DNA of 42,013 nucleotides from Octopus bimaculoides (lineage: Eukaryota): the NCBI RefSeq assembly GCF_001194135.2, contig NC_068981.1, positions 14,404,423 to 14,446,435 on the forward strand. Direction: 5' to 3'. This document shows positions 1 through 12,842 of this stretch, one piece after another; position 1 is the first letter of the stretch, and every line of letters starts with the position of its first letter. A program made the translations under genes and the position numbers. The notes beneath the pieces were generated by a model. That model saw only the letters and a program-made list of their open reading frames with translations, did not search any database and was not told the origin of the DNA.

Positions 1-574
1 TATATATATATATATATATATATGCATCAAATGAATTACTGGAAGTGCGTATGTACAGAAATTTTAGTATACCTCGTAGGGGAAATTATTGATTAGAATA
101 AAATTTAGATAATATTCCGTACATGCACGGAATATTATAACGAAATATACAGTAGAGAAACTCAGAAATTTACAATTTAGAAAATGGAAAAGGAAAATAT
201 AAAAAAGGGAAACCAAAAGTCTCAGAGACGGAATTCTTTGGCGTATCGATAAGAAAGAATGAATATTTATAAATATTTGTTCAGAAATCCATGGATTGAG
301 TTATCAGTATAAAGCTCTCCTGAATTGCGATACTTCATTCGGAAAAGTTGCATGTGTGAATGTGCGAGTGTTTGCGCGCGTGCGCGCAAGTGCCTCAGGA
401 TATTTCATCAGTTTTGTATATAAAATGACACACACACACACACACATACAATTATATGCATATATATACACACATAATATCTATTTAAACTATAGTATAT
501 AAATATATATATACTAATATATATATATATTTATATACATACGTATATACGTACACTTTTACGCATACACAATT

Positions 575-582
<8 letters not shown>

Positions 583-632
<50 letters not shown>
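583..632. repeat. (TA)n microsatellite
   Basis: Perfect dinucleotide run. Another (TA)n lies at 1-22. Confidence 0.97.
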
Positions 633-635
<3 letters not shown>

Positions 636-1604
636 TATGCGACTGAATACGAAAACTTATTGTCGTGTCGTCTTCCGGCATAGAATCACTTGATTTTGAA
701 ATTATACACCAACATGTTCTATGAAGACACCGATGGCATTTCATTTACGATATTACACCCTACTTCTTCAGTTGAATCTAAATTTTTCCAACCTAATTCT
801 ACGTTTTACATATCCTCCTGAATAATTAAATCAATGAATGTTCTCCTGGAGCACTATCGCAAAAATGCGTGATGCCACCTCATATGAATAGGAGGTCTGA
901 TTCGAGCTTTGAGGCCCTCGATGTTAATGTGATGTTTCCTACTTGGGTCGGTGAGAGAAAAGTTTGGGCGTATAATTCTCGTTCTCATTAACGTAAACAG
1001 TGTTAAATTTCTTGTGCTTTTCAAATACATGCCCCTAAATATTTTAAACGATGTGCCTGGTATCACAAATTCAAATAAAGGATGACTGGTGTCATAGAGA
1101 GCACAGATTTGAAATGTTATCTTTCCCAAGTGCATTTAGATACGTATGTAATTAAACATTATGCATATAGATATATAATCGAAATATAGTCATCTAGTCT
1201 CTCCTGAGTGTTTATGGCGTTCACTAAATGCATAAAGTGCTTTTTCACAGGTCAGAACCTTTGTTGAACAAATACCCTCACTGTCACTTCTGACGTAGAA
1301 AAGATAATATACAATAAATAATATTTGAAGGCAATTGCAGCGTGGAAGGTGTTTATAACGTTCCAGCACACGATCTCAGATCAGGTCACTTGCTATGCAA
1401 GTACATCTCCGCAAATATTTGATGGGAAAGAGATAAACTCCATCGTTTGGTTGGTATACATTATAAACGTATCGGTTGACGTATTGAGAAAAGAAATGCA
1501 TTGCCTAAGGATACAATGTATCGAGCTGTTCTGGAATGGAACTAACGCCTTTATGATTATCAGCTGGAAACGTTAACGACGAAATGACACAACCTCAACA
1601 CATG

Positions 1605-1605
<1 letters not shown>

Positions 1606-1650
<45 letters not shown>

Positions 1651-1665
1651 CATGCATATATTTAG

Positions 1666-1728
<63 letters not shown>

Positions 1729-1737
1729 TGTGTGTGT
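1606..1737. repeat. (AC)n and (TG)n microsatellites in inverted arrangement
   Basis: (AC)n 1606-1646, 20-nt spacer, (TG)n 1667-1737. Confidence 0.97.
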
Positions 1738-3484
1738 TGCTGTTGTTTCTATCCTGCATTCAGCTGCTTTTTATCTGCTTTGTTTTCCATCAAACATACT
1801 TTCGAAAATTTCCTTCGTCATCAAACTTTAGTGGAGCTACCCGTGTAGTCACCGACGACGTGACCACTTAACATGGTATACCAATAAATATCGTATGAGT
1901 GACATAAAATGAAAGGAAGCATTGGCTAAAGTAACACCGTTTATACATTACTTGAGAAAATAGTCACTTGAGAAAATAGAAGATAGTCACTGATAGAATA
2001 ATGTTGACCATATTTCTACTCCGTTATGACTGGCAGGTAACTAAACTCGTTAGCGCTTTTGAAATTTCTCAAATATAAATACACATGCTACAAGCTTCAA
2101 TATTCACTACCCATAAGATCATAGGTAAGTTATCTTTATGTAAACAACTATTTCTTTGATGATAATTTAATAACTATTTGAAATTTTCTTCGTTCTTTTC
2201 ATTGACATAATATTCATGTCACTTTGTGTTAAATGTCACAGTTGATTCATTGGAATTACTTTCTTATACATTTTTTCCATATCTGAAGCTGTTGTCTTTT
2301 CTAAGATTTATTGTTTGAAAAGAATGTTATGAACAAAGACTTCAGAAATGATACCTTATTCATGCTTCGTTTCATTATGGTGTCAACTGTTCCTCTGATA
2401 AGGTTATTAACGTCGTCATTCATATTTTATCCTTTGGCCTCATTCAGAAAGCACACTCTTAGAAGTCTAATCTTGACAATACACAACGGATTGTTCCTTA
2501 AGTTCTGATATTCTTTTATTCAATGACTGCTCTCTAATCAGGCAGAAGGATTTAACTAATTTTCTCAAATGCGGTATGCACCTTCAATGGTGGAACTTTA
2601 ACAAATAACATTACTAGGCGACTCAATCAAAACCTTATCTCTTAGGTCAATGAATCTCCTCATAATATGTTTGAAGGCAATTTTATTGAAGGCAACATAA
2701 AATGCCGTGAACAACGAAGGCAGTCGAAGGCGAGAACATTGAAATTTCCCTTGTAATTATTAAATAAGGTCAGCTCTTCTCGAGAAAACATTTATTTCAG
2801 CTGAAGCCGGTATAGTTTATCTAAGAGTACATTTTCCACATGACTTTCCAGTTTCTAAAGACTATCGAGATTTGATTGCTATATCTTGCAAAACTGACCA
2901 CCAAGTAGACCTCTTCACTTTCTCGTAAGAATATTGACCAAAGTATTTATTCTCCACAGATTACGTTTTCTATAATGAGATTCCGTCATTGACAGGAATA
3001 TCTCAGGTGACGTTTGTTCCGCTATGTCTGCACGAATATTTCGTTGTCAGTTCCACCAGCCGAGATGCAATGAACCGATGATAGGAAAGCTGGAAGCTTG
3101 TAACTAACAACGCTATGGTTCATAGTCTCAACAATAAAAGACATAACAGAGCGATATAATTGCTCTCTTGCTTCTAACACAAGCATGAATTGTAAATCTC
3201 TTTAATTTGGATTAATATAAGTTTATTGTAATTCTCCGATGATCACATATCCGGTATTTAGTATTGGATATTTCCTTACTTGATAATACATATCAAAATA
3301 GTTATGAATATTGAAAGAGAGAGATGTAATGGTGGGTTGCTTCTTTGAAAGATGAGGTTTGAATTGTTAGATCAACCAAATGCCTTGTTCCTGATGCTTC
3401 TGAATTAAAAATGCGTGACAAAATTTTGAAATAGAATCAACATAACATTTTGTAACAAGGCTGCATAGTTCGAATAATAGGCAC

Positions 3485-3590
3485 TATATACTCGACAGTT
3501 CCTATACTGTTTCTGTCTTTACCAAAATCCAACTAAAAGGACATGAGTCGCCCGAGCTTATTGTAAGTTACATTTGCGCAACATACCACT
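3485..3590 (-). mobile_element. Old SINE family A fragment
   Basis: TTTCTGTCTTTACCAAAATCCAACTAAAAGG..GTCGCCCGAG resembles TTTCTGTCTACCAAATCCACTCACAAGG..GTCGGC of 8730-8770. Confidence 0.45.
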
Positions 3591-4409
3591 TCTTAATATA
3601 ATATACATACCTTAAGAGAAATTCATTGTTGAATTGTGAAATCACTCAATTCAAATTTGTCTTAATCTATTTTCGAGAGATAATGGGGAAAATCACATGC
3701 AACAAATATTTAGGTGTACTTCATTAAAGGTGCCCAAGGAGGAAACATTAAAGTTAAATAAGCTTGTATATTATACCTAACATCCAGGAGGGAAACAATT
3801 CTCTCCAACGAGCTGCGCAGTTTCCTCCTTACAAATTTCCATCACGTTTTGTTTGACAATTGACTTAGTAGAAGACACAAGAAGAAGAATGTACACGATA
3901 TGCCCTGCAGTGTACTCGAACCTGAAACTACTTCCTTTCTCTTCTCAATTGTGGCTCTATCCACTGAAGTTGAAAGTAAACTATGAAAACCTACGTTGTA
4001 CTCTTTCTGATGTTCATAAGCATGATTTTGAAAACATTTAATATTAGATGAAATATAATTTCATAAGGATATGCAGAAATACAAACGCTGCTTCAACGCA
4101 GAGACACACTGGGGAGACAGACGGTAGTATTAATTACCTGGTAACTTGCTGAGTAACTGATGTTGTCACTTTTTAAATTAAGGTGTTCTAGAATATTTTG
4201 TTAATTCAATTCTTGTTTAATTGCACTATTTGATCTCTGTCAGTATCTCACAAGTGTCACACATACTTCGACAGGTTCTTATAATCTATCTTTATTTTTA
4301 GTTTTAGTTGGATAACCAATTCTGATGATATACAGAATAGTAAGGTGTAAGCATCAATATCAACAAAACATTACTAACACCACCCAGCATCAATACTAAC
4401 GTCAAAAGT

Positions 4410-4424
4410 AACAACAACAACAAC

Positions 4425-4495
<71 letters not shown>

Positions 4496-4510
4496 TAATA
4501 ATAATAACAA
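4410..4510. repeat. (AAC)n/(AAT)n microsatellite
   Basis: Direct reading. It explains the poly-Leu ORF 4304-4510. Confidence 0.97.
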
Positions 4511-4628
4511 TCTTTGGTATAATTATATACTTTGATAAAAACAGCTTCCTATATCAATGAAACAATACATTGAACACAGAAATGTTGACGATAAAAGTAA
4601 TTTTTAAGATGAATGGTGATACCGAGAA

Positions 4629-4716
4629 AGACGATGACGATCGACAACGAAATTGGTCGCGATGACGATGGTGGCGACTACGATGATGATGACGACAGTG
4701 GCAAATGATGATGATT
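4629..4716. repeat. Degenerate (GAT/GAC)n trinucleotide repeat
   Basis: GACGATGACGAT...GATGATGATGACGAC...GATGATGAT. Confidence 0.75.
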
Positions 4717-5131
4717 AAGAGACAAAATATCCCAAATTTAATACTGCAAAGTAGATGTTATTGTTGTAGGTATAGACGTATTGATTGGTAATTTCAGCGA
4801 ATAAAAGATGTCTCAAAAGCAGTCCATTAAACGTAAAACAATGCCTGTAATTAGAGTTTATTTTAAGATATATTTCCAACGTTTCTGAAATACAATTAGA
4901 CACTTTCACAAATATCACGTACAGCACGGGATATCGTTTTAGTAGCATGATCACTGTTATTTTAGAACAGTTCCAAAAGTTTCGTAGAAACTATATTATT
5001 ATTATACGTATAACTTTCTAACGATAGAATATAAAATATCATTATATTCTGATACTCTTTATCGGAGTTGTGCTTCTTACATAGATATAACATAATTTCA
5101 AGAGATTCAGTTGTCGACACCAATTCCACGA

Positions 5132-5133
<2 letters not shown>

Positions 5134-5224
<91 letters not shown>
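5134..5224. repeat. (CA)n microsatellite
   Basis: Perfect run of about 45 units. Confidence 0.97.
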
Positions 5225-5229
<5 letters not shown>

Positions 5230-5730
5230 GAGGAATATGTATGTGTGTGAATATTTGTCACATAAAAGTCGCATATATCAAAGATGTCTGCTTAGAGATA
5301 GAGCGAAATATCAGCTTTAAACGAATTTATAAAGCATTTCTATCTCTAATGCCTACTACTTCTTCAGTTTTCACATATAAACCTGTGTACAAACATACAT
5401 ATCTGAATGTGTAGTGGAAAGATTAGTTGTAATCTTGAAGCTGTTCTCAAAAGTGCTAAGATGCGGTGAAATAATTTTGATTCTTAACAGATGGCCGTAT
5501 GTTTCGCTCTATACAGCATTTCAAACGCATGTGTTACTTGTTGAACTGATTGAATAAATAATAAGGAATGGAATCGGATATTCAGGCAAAACTATTTTTA
5601 ATATAAAAGATAATATGCCTTTATAATATAAAAATGAATAGGCGAGGGGGTTACACTAGTAGAGGATCGTAGTGTTTCGCAGAAATACAAGGAAGAATTA
5701 TAATCAGACGCAAATGGAAAGAAGATAGGA

Positions 5731-6053
5731 GCCCTCCGTCGGTTACGACGACGTGGGTCCCAGCTGATACGATCAACGGAACAGCTTGCTCGTGAAATTA
5801 ACGTGCAAGTGGCTGAGCATTCCACAGACACGTCTACTCCCAACGTAGTCCTCAGGGAGACTCAGCGTGACACAGAGTGTGACAAGGCCGGCCCTTTGAA
5901 ATACAGGTACAACTCATTTTTGCCAGCTGAGTGGACTGGAGCAACGTGAAATAAAGTGTCTTACTCAAGGACACAACGCGTCGCCGGGAATTGAACTCAC
6001 GACATTACAATAACGAGCCGAATTCCCTAACCACTAAGCCACGCGCCTTCACA
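5731..6053 (-). mobile_element. Full-length tRNA-derived SINE (family B), 14-bp TSD
   Basis: Minus-strand head has box A TGGCTTAGTGG (6031-6041) and box B GTTCAATTC (5988-5996), then TGTGTCCTTGAGTAAGACACTTTA, which resembles a CORE/V-type central domain. Flanked by identical GAAAGAAGATAGGA at 5717-5730 and 6054-6067. Confidence 0.9.
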
Positions 6054-6060
6054 GAAAGAA

Positions 6061-6122
6061 GATAGGAAAGAAAAAAAGATAGGAAAGAAAAAACAGATAG
6101 GAAAGAAAAAAAGATAGGAAAA
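6061..6122. repeat. 17-bp minisatellite GATAGGAAAGAAAAAAA x3.6
   Basis: Units start at 6061, 6078 (18 bp), 6096 and 6113. Confidence 0.9.
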
Positions 6123-6466
6123 TGGGAAAGGATGTATTTGAATTTATAACCGAAACAAAGTAATACAGAAGAGAAAATGATCTTAACATTTTTCTCTTCT
6201 TATTAATAGAATAACTATAATGAGGGAAATAGGTTAGTGGTGTATGTAATTGGGAACTTAATTCAGGTTAAAAGTTAGAAAGCTTGGGAAAAACAATTTT
6301 AGTCGGAAAGAAATAATGCATATTAATTATCCTTGATAATTGGATGTTAATTATTTAGAAGGAATTTCTATTCTAGGACTTAGAAAACTCTTGCGATCAT
6401 ACATCCCTTCTCATTTTTGCTATATACTTGATCAATTAAATTACCATCACATTAATTTGAAAAATT

Positions 6467-6520
6467 TGTAACAAATGAAATTATTTCAGAGCCATCTGTA
6501 ACAAATAGAATTATTTCAGA
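6467..6520. repeat. 30-bp-period tandem duplication
   Basis: TGTAACAAATGAAATTATTTCAGA (6467-6490) and TGTAACAAATAGAATTATTTCAGA (6497-6520). Confidence 0.85.
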
Positions 6521-6540
6521 TTTGAATGTAATATAGTTGT

Positions 6541-6661
6541 GAGATATAGATAGATAAATAGATGGATATATAGATAGACAAATAAACACTATAACATAGA
6601 TAGATAGATAGATAGATAGATAGAGAGATAGATAGATAGATAGATAGATAGACAAACAGAC

Positions 6662-6719
<58 letters not shown>

Positions 6720-6747
6720 TCAAACAGACAGATAGATAGAGAGAGAG

Positions 6748-6842
<95 letters not shown>

Positions 6843-6885
6843 CAAACATACAGATAGATAGATAGATAGATAGATATATATATAT

Positions 6886-6940
<55 letters not shown>
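6541..6940. repeat. Interrupted (GATA)n microsatellite, about 400 bp
   Basis: Direct reading. It explains the YLSI-repeat ORFs. Confidence 0.97.
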
Positions 6941-6941
<1 letters not shown>

Positions 6942-8089
6942 GACAAGGACGTGTGAGTTGAATTTGGTAAAGGAAGGATCGATGATCTTAATGTGAATAT
7001 CATCTTTGACACTTCAGATCAATGTTGCTGATGTATTCTTTCAACTATATGCATATATTTTTAGGTGTTATGAACACACAGATAGAGACATAACCTGGTA
7101 GATCGATAGATATGCATGATTTTGCTTTGAAATAATTGCACTTTCCATTTCTGAAGGAAAAATGAAAAACGATTTTCTAAGAGTCATTCCCCTTAATATA
7201 CACCTCATACACCATGTAACTCATTTGTTTACTGTTTCCAATTTGTTGTAGCTGTTTGACATCAGCTTTCATATAAATTATTGAGTTGCGCAATTCTCAC
7301 GTTGATTACATCAGCTGAATAAGTAGTAGAAGATTTAAAATTCACACTTTGAAACAGATGCGATAAAAGGCAGCTTGTGTCGTAATATACTTTGGTTTCG
7401 AACAGTACATCATAGATATGAGATTAAAATTTTCTGAACGGTCAAATTATTTTGTGACATAGTATCTCTTATAATATCATTATGTTTTGTTGATTCATTA
7501 TCTTTCTATGCTATTTCAAAATCATGCGTTAAATATTTTACGTCATCTATTTTTTAAGCAGGGTACGAAGAACGTTGAAACCAGTTATAAATCAGACCGT
7601 ACGTTCAAATGGATATATAATACCACAAACACATTTGATTTGTAGTTTATGCGATACACTGGCGATTTAGATAATTTTATCTAGTTCACTTATTTAAGAG
7701 TTCACCATGCTTCTTCAGGCTGACACAGGTACGCACGTACACCTATTGTTTTTAATAAAAAAGAGACGGTTATTTTAATTTAATAGTGATTCAGTTACAT
7801 ACACCGGATTATCTATTCAACTCCGCAGCTATTTGCAAAATCTGTGACTGCTTATAAACAGTTTTCTATATCAGAGGGGAGAAATCTCGATAACGAATAT
7901 GGCGTGCTACAAATACACATCATTGAACAGATCTAACAAAGCTGAAGCACATCTGACTTCCTTGTTAACCACCCCCGGAATGGTAGTTCGTCTCCCTCCG
8001 ATATTTATAGTATGTGTATACGTAACACTTCCACAAGACAATTGATCTGGACAAAAACTGGGTGTCAGCGTTATATATACATGAAGTAC

Positions 8090-9370
8090 AATTCATATCG
8101 CTCTTTATCTTTCACTGTATATTTATATCACACCATTTACACGCCCTCCTCCTCTCCCCCCTACACATTCTCTACACTGTTTACTTATCCGTACCACACG
8201 TACACTTATGCCTATACAGATTACAAATACAGTTGTACAGACTGTTTTCCACTTCACACACACAACCTCCCACACTTCAACTGCCTCCCTCACACATAGA
8301 GTAGCACGCACACAGATCCAAACACGTACCTCCATTGTAACTCCTATTGCACCCGACACATCCATCACGTTCGATCAAATACGTCCCTCGACAACTCATT
8401 CGTCAGACAGCCTCAGACCCACTTACAAGAAATCTTATACCCATACTAATATGCATAAACGCAGAATACGTATTCTTTTACTTGTTTCAGTAATTTGACT
8501 GCGGCCATGCTGGAGCACCGCCTTTGTTTTTTTTTTGGTCGATCAAATCGACCCACGACGTATTCTTTGTAAACCTAGTACTTATTCTATCGGTCTCTTT
8601 TTGCCGAGCCACTAAGTTACGGGGACGTAAACACACACCCATCGCATGTGAAGCGATGTTGGGGGGACCAGCAGACACGCAAACACACACACACATATAT
8701 ATATATATAACTATACGACGGTCTTCTTTCAGTTTCTGTCTACCAAATCCACTCACAAGGCTTTGGTCGGCTCAAGGCTATAGTAGAAGACACTCGCCGA
8801 AGTTGCCACGCAGTGGGACGGAACCCGGAACCATGAGGTTGGTAGGCAAGCTACTTACCACACAGCCACTCATTAACTTCATATGCAGACACTTTATCCA
8901 ACAATCTCATATTCACAGGTCAGCTGACACCAGAGACATGCCCGCTTGCTCACATGCTCAAACATAAATAGACACAATATTCACGTATAAAAACGCATAA
9001 TATAGACAACAGTGTTTCACACATTTCTGACTGGCTCTTACGCGCAGACACTTAACAACGACTCAAAAACACACGCATGTACTCACGCTACTCGCATACA
9101 GCATACACGCACACATTAATGCTATACACACGCACACATACTCATATACACATGGCAACACTCATGTAAACACATAAAATACAGAGTATACATGCACACA
9201 TCACTTCACACATTTGCGTACATGTTTGAGCGCACACACATACACGCGCGCATACATACGAGCGCTGCCATGCCTACACATACACACGCTCACATAATCT
9301 TCGTACTCACACACGCCCTCGCTCATACATATGTATACACTCATTATCCTCTCACACACGCATATTAAGC
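8090..9370. repeat. Degenerate CA/AC-rich low-complexity region split by a SINE
   Basis: Strong ACAC/CATAC bias on both sides of the 8471-8871 SINE. Confidence 0.65.
8471..8871 (-). mobile_element. Full-length tRNA-derived SINE (family A) with internal microsatellite
   Basis: Minus head GAGTGGCTGTGTGGTAAGTAGCTTGCC...GGGTTCCGTCCC (box A/B-like), internal (TA)/(TG) tract, and tail GGCGGTGCTCCAGCATGGCCGCAGTCAAATTACTGAAACAAGTAAAAGAATA. Closely matches 33015-33463. Confidence 0.9.
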
Positions 9371-11230
9371 CATGTCACTGTTGTCTCCTTTGCTATCCAC
9401 GCCAGGGGCTACTTCCTTCCTTGTGCTCTGTTTAACATGTAACATTGTTATTCAGAAACGTTTTTTTCTCTCCATTTTCTTCTTTCTCCATCTGTTTTCT
9501 GTCCTCATTTATTTCTGTAGACTTGTTACATTTTCCTGAGCATCAAATTAGTATACCATTTTTGTTGTTGTTACTTTACCTGCCTCTGCTTTTTGTATAC
9601 TTTTGAACCACACACACACACACACACACACTTATATTTATAAACACATACTTTATTGCCCTATAGAAATATTAGTTTGTGAAAATTAGAATCATTCTTT
9701 TAATCACTCTAAATGAAAACTTTCTTACTGTGTTGGACTCTATTTTCGGCCTAATTGCAGGAGTATCAAATACCACAATATTCACTGATTCTTTCAATTA
9801 AGATATGTTCCGTATGCTTCATCTTTACTTTGTGCCACAGGAATAGTGGCTTACATTTTGCTCTCTACCAATGACTAGCTAAATCCAATTTTTCTGTCAT
9901 TTCACGGCTTCAAAAATTCCAGGATGATGCTGATCTCAATTTTATATTCTAACGTACAATTGTATTCAGATGGAGTACTCACAAATCGTGATTGCAGTCA
10001 CTTACTATTAAACCGTTGTTCAAGTGAGATGTCCTTATATACTCTTCCGCACTTGTATGGACACGAGATAATCGCCCAAAATAAACAACGGGGAATAGAC
10101 ATTTTTTTTTAAACTCCACAGATTCGAGCGATATCACCATACATAGTTTAGTCAAGATAGTGCTTTTCAGCCTGATTGGTTGAATGTTGGTTATTTATTA
10201 TAATTGAAACAATGTATATTATTGTCATGCCAGTAACACATAACCCAATACACCGTACCTCGTTTAAACACTACAAAGTAAATATTTTCAACGTTCTAAA
10301 TGACTTCACAGCCACAGCCACAACCCATTTCCCTCTGTATATATAACAGGTTGATATAACGTATTGGAATATTTACGTTTCTTTCTTTCTTTTCTTATCT
10401 AGCTTGAAGCTAAAGAAAAAATTAGAAAGAAAATGCAGCTGGTCAGGTCTCTCAAAACCAAGCATCAACATACGCTTACACGAAAACAAATTAGTAAAGA
10501 CTCATTCATGGTGAATATCGCCTCAAAACATATTTAAATTGCTTTTACACGCTATTAACTAATTAAAGTTAATTACAATGCAGTAACATCCTTTAGGTCA
10601 GATCAATACAAACCTAGTTTTGAGATTTAAATATTTTGAAACAGATAATTTCTATTATTTTCTTTGAAGATTAACACCCATACAGTCCTCAGTCTGGGTG
10701 TTCAATCATTAGCTTCAGTAAAATTATAATGGATGGAATTGATGCGAAGCAAATATTTAAATAAACTAATATCTATAACGGCCAAAAATTAAAAGAATCA
10801 TGGCTATAGCGCATAATAAATGTATGATAGTGTTTTGTTTCCTTTAGTAAATTAGATACCCTTATGACTTTAAACAAGTTACATTAATTGAGAGTGAAAA
10901 GCTACAAATATTCTAAGTGAATTGAAAAAAATCTGCATTTATATAGTTTGTGATGATAATTTAGTCGTACACTGATTAGTTTGTGAACAAACAATTTCAT
11001 CATCGATAAAGATTCGTATACATGACTTCTTTAATCCGTTGTAAGACTATTGTTTGAACAGTGAGATGTTTCTATTAAAGATAAATATACAGAAGTGGTA
11101 AAAGTGCTTTGATGACACTCATGTACTAATATACATCTGACAATGTATGTATGTATGTATGTATGTAAGTTTGTGGTATTTTCTAAGATCGCATTTATCT
11201 TCGTTGCTGTGGATGTAAACAATATATCTC

Positions 11231-11566
11231 CTCACTCTTTCAGTCATTAGACCACGCTCATACTGGGACACCGCCTTGAAGAATTTTCAGTCGAATGAGT
11301 AAACCCTAGTACTTATATTTTATAAAGCCCGGTTATCAAGTGGCTGTAGAGGACAACCATACACATACACACGCACACACTTTCCCTCACACATACACAC
11401 AAACATATATGAGAAGGGCTTCTTTCATATCCCGTCTATCAAGTCCACTCACACGGCTTTGGTCGACTCGAAACAACAGCAGAAGATACGTTCCCAAGGA
11501 GCTACGCAGTGGAACTTAACCAAAGACCGTGTAATTGGGAAACAAGATCCTTACCACACAGCCATC
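11231..11566 (-). mobile_element. Diverged SINE family A
   Basis: Collinear blocks TTTCAGTCATT, GGGCTTCTTTCA, TCCACTCACACGGCTTTGGTCG and CTTACCACACAGCCA match the family A copies. The middle is shortened. Confidence 0.8.
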
Positions 11567-11575
11567 CGTGTATGG

Positions 11576-11608
<33 letters not shown>

Positions 11609-12353
11609 CATGTATAATGGATATTAATGGATTCTTCCGTGGATATGGAATCTACATTCTCATTTAATATTTAACGCACATGATTACGTTACAGATTATT
11701 TCAGATTATAAACTATGCGTAAAGCATCACGCTATCTGCTTAAATGAACGTTAGAGAACGGACATTAAAGAATGAAATGAACACAAAATGGAAGACAGAG
11801 ATGAAACAATTTAAAACATTGTCCTTCAGGTTAAAATTGATATTCTACTCAACAACACACTTAATTCCTTATATTATTTCTTTCGAACAATAGCTAAGAT
11901 ATATCTCGAGGAAAATTTACTAATTGTATTCACTTCAATGGAAGTGAAAAATAATCAGTATTGAATTCATTTCATTGTTATGTATTTATTAATTCTTTCC
12001 ATAAGGTGATAAATATCGTCTCCTTCAGTTCATGCTTAAAATAACATGAATAATTACTTTGAGAATAAGAAGAGAAAAATCTATGTTTTCTGTACAGAAA
12101 TTGATTGTATTTAAATAAAATATCAACTGGTTTCTCTCCTTCTTTTGTTTGAAAATTACTTTTTCCTATAAAGCATAATTCAAGTTAAGATATCCTGAGT
12201 GAAATAAATCAAAAGTATTTCAATATGGCAAAAGTTAATATAGATATACTTACACATACGAACGTATAGAGCTGTGTGAGCGTCTATATACACGTATGTA
12301 TGCGCGTCGTATGTTTGTATAGATATACAAACAAATATATATATATATATATA

Positions 12354-12662
12354 NNNNNNNNNNNNNNNNNNNNNNNNNNNNNNNNNNNNNNNNNNNNNNN
12401 NNNNNNNNNNNNNNNNNNNNNNNNNNNNNNNNNNNNNNNNNNNNNNNNNNNNNNNNNNNNNNNNNNNNNNNNNNNNNNNNNNNNNNNNNNNNNNNNNNNN
12501 NNNNNNNNNNNNNNNNNNNNNNNNNNNNNNNNNNNNNNNNNNNNNNNNNNNNNNNNNNNNNNNNNNNNNNNNNNNNNNNNNNNNNNNNNNNNNNNNNNNN
12601 NNNNNNNNNNNNNNNNNNNNNNNNNNNNNNNNNNNNNNNNNNNNNNNNNNNNNNNNNNNNNN
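12354..12662. other. Assembly gap (N)
   Basis: N run flanked by (TA)n. Confidence 0.98.
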
Positions 12663-12842
12663 ATATATATGCATACACATACATATATATACATACACAT
12701 ACATATATGTATATACACACACATATATACACGCACACACATATATATATATATATATACAAACACACACACACACATATATATATATATACATGCATAC
12801 ATACATACATACATACATACATACACACACAAACACACACAC
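12663..12842. repeat. Compound (TA)/(CA)/(TACA)n microsatellite
   Basis: Direct reading. Confidence 0.9.

Noticed and set aside
854-1135. 93-aa minus-strand ORF in non-repetitive sequence
   Set aside because: No recognisable domain or convincing splice signals. A YLG on the plus strand is too little to call an RT.
5981-6050. tRNA gene
   Set aside because: It has box A/B but no acceptor stem or terminator. It is the head of a TSD-flanked SINE.
6061-6122. CRISPR-like or other functional array
   Set aside because: Head-to-tail units without spacers, in eukaryotic DNA. It is a simple minisatellite.
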